From Trichosphaerium sp. ATCC 40318 (lineage: Eukaryota > Protista > Tubulinea): a stretch of 64,000 bases of DNA. Of this stretch, positions 24,940 through 36,215 are shown one piece after another (position 1 is the stretch's first letter; each line of letters begins with the position of its first letter). The stretch covers positions 248,001 through 312,000 of the forward strand of contig JALMLS010000516.1 in assembly GCA_038496445.1 (NCBI GenBank), given 5' to 3'. The position numbers and the translations under genes are program-made. Below the pieces are notes generated by a model, which saw nothing but the letters and a program-made list of their open reading frames with translations, was not told the DNA's origin and searched no databases.

Positions 24940-27900
24940 ATGAGTGGAGATACTTACACATTGAGTTTGGGTACAAACCGCCAAGCAAGCCTGAAATCGC
25001 TTGTTATTGATGTAGAGATTGTTGGATGGTTCGCTAGAACAACTGTAACATTGACATTTGTTAACAAATCGGTTAACGTCTCACAAGGAGAGGTACGGCT
25101 CAAATATAACCACTCAAATAACATAACAGCAATAGCTTTTGTTTTCTTTGCCAGAAGAGGCTACGCTATGCTCATACGCTGCAGATATATCAGGTGTACT
25201 CGTTGACGCGTCGTTAGTAGAGGTAACGTAGCCTTTACTAGTTTGAATGTTAACAGAACAAACACAGAAGGAAGACGCTAGAGCAGCGTTTGAACAAGAA
25301 GCACGGAGTGTAGATAAGCCACAAACATCAATGGCACAAAAAGTAGCAGGTAAGAACCGAAACTAGGCCTCCAGATCGCCAGGCTAAAAACAGTTTTTCA
25401 TTGAATGGTCCCAGCTCACTGTTGAAAAGGGAACATGTTTAAGATGAGTATATCTCCTGTTAGGAAGAATGTACCGCGCATCATGCGCGTATCGTACTTG
25501 GAAGAACTGGTGTGCCTTCAAAATGAGTCAAGTGTTTACAAGCTACCTCTTTGGTTTAAAGATAAAATTCCGTCGTTGGAAATAAAGGTGATCTCGTTTA
25601 AACACTATGATTTTGTAGCATTGTTAACGTGTTATTCAGGTATCAGCTCTATGTGTTAAACAGATATTCATCAAGGGAGGATTATTGAATACTAAAACAC
25701 TAACAAATCAATATGGTGATATTGTTCATAGTTATGAGCAATCATCTGCTACACTGCAACAGTACGTTAGTTGATACTAATTCTTTTAACAGTGGAAGGG
25801 ACTTGGACGTTGACATAAAACTGCAATCTCGTTCTATTCCTACATTCGATGGCACAAACTTCTTTGTTGCAGCATCAGACAGCGTTTCTGGTCTGAGTGG
25901 GTCTACAAATAATGCTGTATGGAAGAACGTCTGTGTTCTGTGGGATACTTCGTACTCAAGAAAGGCTCAAATAACAGCTGACAAGGATGTGATGAACGCA
26001 ATATGGAACAAAAAGGTATGCTGATCAACTTATTGCGAATTTACTAGACAAGAGATTAACGTTGTCTTAGTTATCCAGATCTCATGTATATCTTATGCCT
26101 TTCTCAGTAGATACCGACCATGGTGTGAGATTTACTCGAGGAACCAGTTTTACAACATTTTGGAATCACGTGTCAAAAATGGAGTATCTGGGTGGCACGA
26201 ATTTAGGTACAAGACGTATTTTTACTATTTCTTGCTACCTTTCGTGTAGGTTCATTGTCTTGTAAGCAAACACTTAAAGGTACTACTATCGATGCATATA
26301 TTCTATTTTCGGATGGCATGCACTCTTTCGGAAGCGAGAAATTCCCTAAGGACCTAGAAGGTAGCAATGCATACACTTAATTCTTATTCAATAACTTGGA
26401 TGTAGTGCCTGTTTATGTCTTTTCTACGGCGACGACAGTAAACACTATGCTTCTCAAGAAAATAGCGCGCCAAAGCGGAGGATCATATCACAATCTTGCC
26501 ACAGTACGTAGACTATAGTTGAAAACTAGTAAATATCATGTTAGAAAGGACAACTTGATAGTATTGTTTCAGGTATTGGCAAAGAAGGATTTGCATTCAC
26601 AAGGCTAAAGAATAGCGATCTTGAATATTATCCGTCTATTGGAACAAAAATAACATCAAGTACTTCGTATTTTACTGTACTTACTAAGAGTACCGAGCTT
26701 CCTTTACAGCTACAAGGGGTAAAGTCCAAAACAATTTGTTTAATAGAATTCACTGATCCTATTCAAAGGTGTACCGAGATAATAGCAGAGGTCAATTGAA
26801 TGAACGGGTAATAAGTGTAAATCAAGTAAGTTATTAGTTTCATGGCGCGAGTAACTAAAGTTGTACGCAAAAGGGCATTATCCGGACAGATATCATTGCG
26901 AAATGTTGGGCACTGAAAAAGATATCACAACTGGAGTTATTGGATGAGGCCAAAGCAAATGTCAGCGATATAATTAGTGTACGCTCTTTGCTTTATATGG
27001 CTCTAATATTCATTGTAGGTCAGTAAACAGTACGGCATTGTGAGTAATTACACGTCCTTCATTGTTTTAGAATCACTTGACAAGTACTTGAAATGCACGT
27101 GCATTATATATTATTGTTGTTAAGTTGCCTCGTTGCTAATTTAATATTAAGATGATATCGAGCCACCTGCTTCCTTGCCTTTAGTAAGGAATCAATATTT
27201 TGCTATCAAAGCCGATAAGGCTGCTATTGAGAGGGAACACAACAATAACAGGATTTTCACAGTTCAAAATCTGTGGCAAAGGTATTTCTTTTTTTGGTAA
27301 AATAGTATTAATGATTAAAGGCGTGTCGCTTGGTGGAATGAAGATACAACTTGTCCTGAGTTTACTATGTCTCATCAATACTACCATTGTCACAGTTATC
27401 CTAGCACCAGCACTGAATACGAACACCTTGCTTTATCTTCAGTTCAACCCAAACAAAAACAGATTGGCACCCCTGTCGTTTTGGGTAAGTTATTTATTCG
27501 GGTTAGAAACAACTGATATTCTTTATTTCAAGGTGGATGGATATTAAAACAACACACGGGAGTTATAAAGTCTTTAAAGAGGAGATACTGTAAATTAGAT
27601 GAAAATAACATTACCATGCACAGGGGAAAAGACTCAAAGTCTTTGACATCAATACCACTCAACAAGGTCACAGATGTGAAGATTTCTAACTTGGCAACAA
27701 AAGAACTTTCAATCATTACAGAGGGAAGAACATATAGTATGAAGCTACCAGATGAAGACCCTCAAATGTGGATAGGTGGAATACGAGCAAATTCAAAAAG
27801 AGCACGTGAGAAGGTTGAGCAAGAGAGTGTCGGTGAAGACCCATTTTCGGACTTTGGTTTAGTTGATCTGTCTGCTCAAAAGCGTGACACTTTTAATGGG

Positions 27901-30900
27901 ACATCAAAAATCGCAAAGGCTCTCCGTTTAAAAGTATCAAAATCTAAAAGGAGATATGTTGATGAAGTTGATGACAATCTGTTCGGGGGGTTCACGTATA
28001 ATACAAAGGCAGCACAAGACCACAAAGACTCGAGACAAAAAGCAAGAGTTAAAAAAAAGAAAGAAATTAAACAAGATTCTTCTTCTTCTCCTTCTTCTAC
28101 AGATGATTATGACCTTTTAAAAGTTATAGGTAAAGGCTCTTTTGGAAAGGTATGTTATTTTTAAACAAAATTTGTCGTTCTTAGATAAGGTCTAACAAGG
28201 AATGAGTTTAGACATTGCAAGTACGAGAAAAAAGCACAGGCAAAATAAAGACAATGAAAGTGCTTAATAAAAGAAGCCTTCCTGGAAATTCAGTTTCCCA
28301 AGAATTGACCGAGAAGATGAGCGCTCCTGATAACCCGTTTGTGACAAAAGTTGATGTACATCAGTATACCACTATGAGCACATTATTAATCTTTTTTCTT
28401 TAGGCAACTTTTGAATCAGAAGACAAAATGTATATTATTGAAGAAGATGTGGACGGAGGAGAACTATTCTATCATTTACAAAAGAATGGTCGTATGTCTA
28501 CAACAGATACAAGGTTTTATGGTGCCGAGATGCTGGAGGGACTTGATGCTCTAGCCAAAACAGGTGTTAACAAGTAAGTTACAATACATATCGGCACCTT
28601 TTTCTAAAACGCTACAGAAAGCTATCGATGGACAACTTCAGGCTGGATGGTGAAGGCCACGTCAAGATAGATAGTGTGACAGAACAAGATATCGCTAGAA
28701 ATGACGATGATTCTAGAACAGCGACCTTTTGTGGGACTCCTGAGTACGCTGGATTTTTTCAAAGAAAACTCAGAGTTTTTGTTCAACTTTTCATTATTTC
28801 TTAATCGTTCAGGTACCTTCCACCTGAAGTATTAAAAGGAGAAGAACATACAGAAGCAAGTACCATGTATCAGTAAGAATAACCTAAATTCATGAAAAAG
28901 AAAGTACTGTAGGTTAATAGTTTCACTTTAGATATGGCAATATCCTTTATGAAATGATAACCGGTTTACCTCCACATTACGACACTCAAGTTAACAAGAT
29001 GTATGAAAATATATTAAGGAAGGAAGTACAATATCCGAAAGACATAGATCCTAACGCAAAAGACCTACTGTCAAAGGTAAGTATTGAAAACAACCAAAAC
29101 AACCTGAAAAGTCATTCAAAGACACTTATTTTTTTTTAGCTGTTGGATAAAGACCCTAAAAAAAGAGCAACCACTGATGAAGTACGCAATCACCCTTTCT
29201 TTTCAAGGGTTGATTGGAAAGACATTGTTGAAAAGAAACAAGACGCTCCTATAAAAGTTCGAAAAACAGAAGCACTTGACACGAGCTACATAGATCCTAT
29301 GTTCACCTCTGAACGTGCGTCTCAGAAAAAAATAAGAAATAGTGTTACTTTGTCAATCTCATCTTCTTTCAGCGATAGAAGCTGACTTATGCCTCGATTC
29401 ATTAGAGGACTCGTACGACAATGCGTTTGAAGGGTTTACGTATGTTTCCGAAAATACTACGGCTTCCAAACCCTCTGGACAGACAAATAACCTTGATGGC
29501 GACTTTTCTGGATTTACATACCAAGCAGCACCTGCTGCTGAATTCCAGTCGTTAAAAACACCAAAAGATGATAAATTAGATGTTTTCCAAGGATTTACAT
29601 ATGTTGCAACAAACGCAGAAGCTCCAAAAGTAGTCAAGAAATTTCCCAAAAAAACAGTGTTGCAACACCGCAATGGAAGGAGTTTCCCGCAAGTTTCAAA
29701 TACACCAAAACTAGGATTAAAATTATCAGCGGATTCAAAAGACACAAATCAAAGTACTTTATCACTAAGAGCAAACAAAGTGAGGGTAGGTGGAAAGGGA
29801 TCTGTTAGAAGAAAACAAAAAAAAAGAAAAAAAAAACCAACTTTGAAAAAAGGTATAGCAAACTCTTTGATAGCGCTTCTCTAATCTTAATTATAGAGTC
29901 CATCAATGGTAGCACAAATACATCAGAGTGTGTACAGGGTAAGAAGATAACAACGGCAAGAGGTTTGTATCAGTTATGTTTTTTCTTAATCCAACACATT
30001 TTCATAGAGTCAATAACAGATCTATTAGATATTCCAATGTTTCCTGATGTAAGCACTCAAATAGCAAATTATTAACCTTTGAGCTTAGGAAAAATACTTA
30101 CCTAGCCTAACTGAAACAGATCTAGAAAGACTTGTCTTTCTTAATCTTCCAGTAGATGAGACACTGAGTGAGGATACTAACGTATGCTTGACAACTCATA
30201 TTATGCCAGGTACTAATTTGACTTTTAATCATGTGCTCTAACCATAATTGTGTAAGTCACAGATATCAGTGTTTTCGATCAAGCATCCACTGCCAGCAAA
30301 ATACAAATTATAATGAATGAGGACTTGAGGGTTTGTAAATCTAACTTGTCTACTGTTTACCTTGTGACTCTTTGTACAGTCACAATATGATGTCTCTACT
30401 TCTGGTGAGGACTATGTCGCAAACGCTGTCTCTTCATACAAAAGAAACCAACCCAAAAAAGCATTAAGGTACTTGTCTACTCCACTTGATATAGACTTGG
30501 ATAATGCTGCTCTATTGCGTACAGTATTGTTTCATCTACAAATACATGATACTCTAAAAGTATGGGAGAACGTCCAACGCCAGCTCGTGGAAGCAAGACC
30601 AGAAGATCCTGTAGCAAAAAGAGACCTAGCTGCTGTACTAATAGAGCAAATCAAATCAGAGCCCGACAGTAGTGTACGTCCACATTTAACACAAAAGACA
30701 AACTATCCGTTGTGAGGTTGAGACAGTGCTAACATTAAAAAAAGGAGAAAAAGAAAAAGTGTATTGAAGAAGCCATTGATCTACTGAATAATGTAATCAA
30801 AGGTAAATGGGATGTTAGGTTTGATCAAATTCAAGTGATTGCTCTATCCGATCTTTCAAAAATACTTGCCACAAGCAAAGACATGAACAATTTCCATTCT

Positions 30901-31510
30901 ATACAAGTACGCTATTGATTTGTTAAAGACTTTTTCTTTCTTGTTTCTTGATTTTTTTGTAAAAAAACCGCATTTGGTTTTACCGTTTGACTTGGTTTTA
31001 TAATCAAGAAGCGAACTTGTTTACGTAATTTACTACAAATGGCTCATGCAATAATAGGCACTTGTGGATTCAAGGTTAATTGTCGATAAAATGCCAGTAG
31101 ATATTCGTATTGTTATTCAATGGTCAACACCAAACACAAACATAGAGCTTCATGTCACAGAGCCGACAAAAGAACGTTGTTATTCCTTCAATAACAAGAC
31201 AAGTATTGGTGGTATGTTAAGCAGAGATTCTAATCATATAGGCCCTGTAGAATATGTGATTAAAAATGCACCAGTTGGAAACTACAAAGTTGAGGTGATT
31301 GAAGAAAACACGTGATTTTTGCTGAGTTTTTTTGTTTTTTAGGCAGCACTTTGTCATGGTGTACAAACAAGACTTCCTTGCTATGCTTTGGTACAAATTT
31401 GGACACATTATGCCACACCGCTTGAGAACAGCACAAAAGCCATCTTGAGGTTCACAAAAGCTTCTGAAACAATCAATGTTTGCACTCTGTCTACGACAAC
31501 GTTTCTTTAA
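24940..31510 (+). CDS. VIT-vWA-[PH-AGC pseudokinase]-TPR-DUF2135-like chimeric protein
   Basis: VIT (IDVEIVGWFARTTVTLTFVN), vWA-like (VLWDTSYSR, YILFSDG), YGIVSNYTSFIVLESLDKYLKYDIEPP, LWQRRVAWWN, then in-frame PH and kinase (LLKVIGKGSFGK, TFCGTPEY), then TPR-like helices and MPVDIRIVIQWSTPNTNIELHVTEP...GPVEYVIK. Confidence 0.8.
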
Positions 31511-32425
31511 CTTGGAGGATTATGTTCGCGTTACTTTGCTTTTACTACTAATAAAGTGACCTTACAGTTACAACACTTCCTTTTATGTACATCCAAGTCT
31601 TACATCCAAGAGATCAGAACAGCGTAATCGCATTCTTGTAACCGAAAAGACTCTAGTTTTACTGAGGCTAAGGGTTTTTTTCAGAAAAAAATAGGCAAGC
31701 TTCTAGAAGTTTCTATTTGTAAATTATATAGGTTACTCCAACCATGACGAGCTTTGACTTAAATAAACGTTTGGGCTACATAAAGAAATGTTAAAAACAA
31801 TCTACTACAATACGATTGAAGGAGAAGCTAAGTTACAAGCGTTTCTAGTGAATCTGTGCACTTTTGTCTTGCAATAAAATAGCTACAGCTACTTCAATGA
31901 CTGTTACAAGGCACGTGATATCATGGAACAATTTAATGTCCGATTCAGTTGATGGTCTCCTTTCTTAAAATAGTAGTGTATCTATTGACATAGACCATAC
32001 ATTGTCAGACACATAGATATAATCGCATCTCTTTCAGCTGACATGATACTTTCTTCCGAGATTAATGCCTTGTCGAGCGCAACATTGTAATCATTGAAAT
32101 CTAAATAAAGCAGAATCACTTAACTTTCAACTCAGTCGCAACAGCTCTTACATACATAACCATGGCAGAAGAGTACAAGTATCTCAATAAAGATATAACC
32201 AATTTGAACGTACGTCAACGTCAAAGTGGTTTAATTACGCTTAAATAACCGCTATCGTAGTGTTGGACAGTATTGGAAGGTTCACAAACTGCATCTACCG
32301 TTGTACCCAAACAAGTGATCAAATTCGTTAACCTATTGTCCGTTAAGCATTGCGAGTGCGTCTAACACGAATATAATTACCTGTTAAACAGTTTTGCAAG
32401 AGCATTGATCAAAGAGGCCGAAAAT

Positions 32426-34529
32426 ATGTCCAAAACGCTCTCTAACGCGTCTAGTGAGTATGTACGTATGTTTTAAGTCTATACGTAACACACTAGTCCG
32501 TTTCACCAATCGAAAAACGTAGAATATCAGCGCTGGGATACATATCAGCAAATTTGGATTTCTGCGATTTGCAGCTGACTTGGCAACAGAATTTAGTACC
32601 AACGAACCAGTTGATGTATTTTCAAAGCTCAAAATACATGAAGCGTTTTACCCTGCGCACGTGTACATCATCAGTACGCTTAAAATATTTTGAATCTGTA
32701 TTTTTTTTTCACTTTAGTCTCTCCATTATTGTGGATTCCACAGTTATCTTGTTAATTTCTTATTTAGAGAATAATGGCACTGTAGCAAGACCTATTATTC
32801 ATAGAGATGACATTGATTTAACAATGAATATATGCCTTGGAGGCGATTTTAAAGGTAAGTCAGAATTTCGCAAAAGTTTTGCGTTTTTATGTCGTACAAG
32901 GTGGCGAGTTTGTTGGTAGTGACAAGAGTGTTATACCTCAAAAACAAGGAACAGCGCTCGTTTATGGTAACTTCATTGAAGGGAACAATCCCTTGGAAGG
33001 ACATAGGTTAGAACAAAGCCAATACCAAAGTAGTAATACATACAATGTTAGCTACAATTTAATTGTATACTTCAAGCGCTGTCTATCATTCAACACATTT
33101 GCATCACTTCCTGAAGAGATGTCACAACGTGTTCTACTATCTCTAGACATTGATAGTTTGTTGAGTTTCTCTTCTGGTTCGAAAAAGACAGAGGAATGGG
33201 GATTGGTATGGAAATCTGGAAAGTCTCATTTTTTCACTTTTTAATCTTGAAACAAGAGTATTGTTAAACGATTGTTATCTTCAACAGAAGCTTCTCTACT
33301 AAATCAACCATACTTCAAAGAAGCTAAAACATTGAGAAGAAAAGCATGTATTTATAGCCAATACAAGAAAGAGTAAGTAATACAGATACAGTTTTTTTGT
33401 TTTGGTAGCTAAAGCTTGTTTTAGATCTAAACAACCTGAGGCGTTTCATCGCAATTGGAAAAGATTGGAGTTAATTCTAAGAGAAATCATCCAGACTGAG
33501 AAGATGTATTTAGATACTTTAGAATGCGCTCAGGTACCACATATCCTTAAAAGAACTTTCAGATGACTTTTTTTTTTAAAGGCAGTGGCAACGAAGAGCA
33601 AGAAGATGATGTCGAAGAAGAATCATTCTATTCTTTTTAGTGGTATTGATGGTATTACTGAATGTTCAAGATCAATAATACAAGTATTTGCGGCACATGA
33701 TATTAGTACCAAAGAACTACCAATGCTATACAGTCTTTTAATGGAGCTTTATAACAAGGCACGTGAAAAGAAATAACAAAAAAAAAAAAAGTTAACTTGC
33801 TCGTGTTTTCGTTGTTTATAATGATACTGTTTTGTTCTTTTGTGATCTTCTTTGTCTTATATGTTGTTAGTGCCATCTAAAGTTTCATCCCTACCAAAAG
33901 TTTGTAAAAGACTACGGAGAAAGACAAAAAGTTATGACAAAACTCCAGAACAAATCGAAGTTTACTTCATGTGTGTCAGCCATTAAACCAGGTTTTACAA
34001 TTGAATCTATCATGGTTTGCCCCGTTAGTCGTATTCCTAGATATATGCTCCTTGTGAAAGTACAACAATTCATCTACATCTCTATTTACTTACCTCGAAA
34101 TTCTAGGAATTGCAAAAGTGGTGCGGACCTTGTCTTCAAGCAATTTTCGCCAAGGTAAGTTATGGTTCATGTTAATTCATTTATGTGGCTGACACTTTGT
34201 TTACAAAGATTAAGAATCAAATTCAAGGTCAAGCCAATGTGATTAATCAAGCAGTGAGAGATCAAACCACACCGTTGACTTTTTGCTTTGCACTTCAAGT
34301 CAACATTGATGATCAACTTGTGTTGCTGAGTTTTTGTGGTGATAAAAAGATTGTACAAAGTGGTGTGATGGTTGTAGTTGATGCGATACAAGTTAAGGAA
34401 GGTCTTTGCATTAAGTTCAAGAACGCAAACGAAATCAAGTTAGTAGACTTGACTAAAAACGAACTAAATCGCATTCTATCGTGGTTTAATAATAACGAAT
34501 ATGGTCAACAGAGTTGCACGCTTCTATAA
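32426..34529 (+). CDS. RhoGEF (DH-PH) with N-terminal 2OG-Fe(II) oxygenase-like and F-box-like segments
   Basis: IIHRDDIDLTMNICLGGDFKGGEF; FASLPEEMSQRVLLSLDIDSLLSFS; DH motifs LILREIIQTEKMYLDTL and IESIMVCPVSRIPRYMLLVKEL. Confidence 0.75.
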
Positions 34530-34629
34530 GGACAAAGTTTAAATAACTTTGTTACCACATAAATAAAATAATTCAATGCACGTGACTTCAACTGAGTGCA
34601 AGTTGACTGATTTTATTGTTTGGCGACTT

Positions 34630-35902
34630 CTATATTCTGAACATTACATGCATAGCAGTTGTTCTACGAGGATCGGTACCCAAATACCTTATACGAGGGT
34701 TACTTCCTGAATCACATTCAATCTTATCAGCAGGTATTGTAGACTGTCCGTTGAACTTTGAATCAAAAATGTTAATTGTAACTTTATCGCATTTTGAAAT
34801 CCATATCAAAGAACCCTTTCCATATCCACCTCTATTGTTTATCTTACTCTTTACAATATAATGTGGTCCATCTCCCCAGAATCTGAGTGTTCTATGACCT
34901 CTTCCGAAGGTTTCAAGGCGAACAAGTTGAGCTCTTTTTGCCTTACAATCAATCGCAGAATCAGCGTTCCAATCTTGTATTGTGACATCCAACGCGTAGA
35001 AATTCTCTGCTCCATCGAGTACAATACCGTCATAATTAGTAGTAGAGTATCCTACCCATCTAGTTAAAGCAAATAAGCGAACAAAAGAACACACCACGAT
35101 TCAAGAACAAGCCGACATACCTTGGCCAATTTGGTCTTATAAACACATTTGACATCCAAATGTTAGTACCAGGAAATTGTCTGTTTGTCAACACACCTCC
35201 ACCGAATGCGTCTGTACTTCTCAAATCAACGATCCTTGTATTGACTACACCCATTTTACGGGTCTTAGGATTTTGATTATCATAACCAGCGAAGGCGTAT
35301 TTGCTATTACTGTTCCTATGGATTTCTCGATAAGAATACTTTTTTGAAAAAAAAATCACGTGATTGTACCTTGCGTTTTTCACCAAAATAGGAAGCTCAA
35401 CATTTTGCCTTGACGAGAATGTACCAGTAATACTTGGGAAATTCTTGAAGTGATCTAATATCCAGGCTGTCCCTCTCAATGCTCTCTTGCCTTTACTAAC
35501 AAATAAATTGTTCTCTAGAGTCACACGAACGCTTGTATCAACTTCTTTTCCTTTCAGTAGCGGCTGGGCATCCAAAACTATCTCGCTGCCAGAAATGCCA
35601 TTTGTTACAAAGCAATTTGATGTTTTGTCATCACCACACGCAGTATAAGGTGCCGTAGTGTCGTAGAATGTAGTATGGGAGCTGTTTGACCCTTCTAAAA
35701 ACGTGAAGCGCACTTCGTCATAAATGAAAGCGTCGCATCGAAACTCTACGTTGAAGCTTCTTAATGAAGAGATATCAACTATTTCTCCAAGTGAAACATT
35801 CGCTATGAACACAGTGCCACTGTCAGTATCGATAACATCAAAATAACTTGTAGCTATGACGGCTGTCAAAACCATGAGAAGCAAGGAAACGCTGTGGTGC
35901 AT
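34630..35902 (-). CDS. Secreted protein of unknown function, possibly beta-helix fold, 2 exons
   Basis: Signal peptide MHHSVSLLLMVLTAVIA; long ORFs 35060-35932 and 34630-35097 joined by a GT-AG intron; beta-helix-like segments (NYDGIVLDG, ADSAIDCK). Confidence 0.6.
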
Positions 35903-36215
35903 TGTGGTGATGTGCCTTGAGTTTTTGACCAATGCTAGCTGCGCTAGTTTATGTTTTGTGCGAGATTGACCACATGTTGTTTACGTCATTCCGGGACATC
36001 AGATCACTTCAACAGCTGACAAAGGAGAGACATGATTTTCAAAAACTTTCCTTGCCTACGCACAATTTTCTCACCATCGTTAGTCTCAGAGATCAAAGTC
36101 GCCTCGAGTCAACAGGTTTTTGGCATTTTAACGTTAAATAGGGAGGTCACTTACCTCCAAGCCAATACAAGCCAGATCGAGCCGAACAAAAAGAACTCTC
36201 TGATTTCGCTTTTAA

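Noticed and set aside
31570-32360. Small minus-strand gene between the VIT and RhoGEF genes
   Set aside because: Exon-like pieces exist, but no consistent frame or family could be built.
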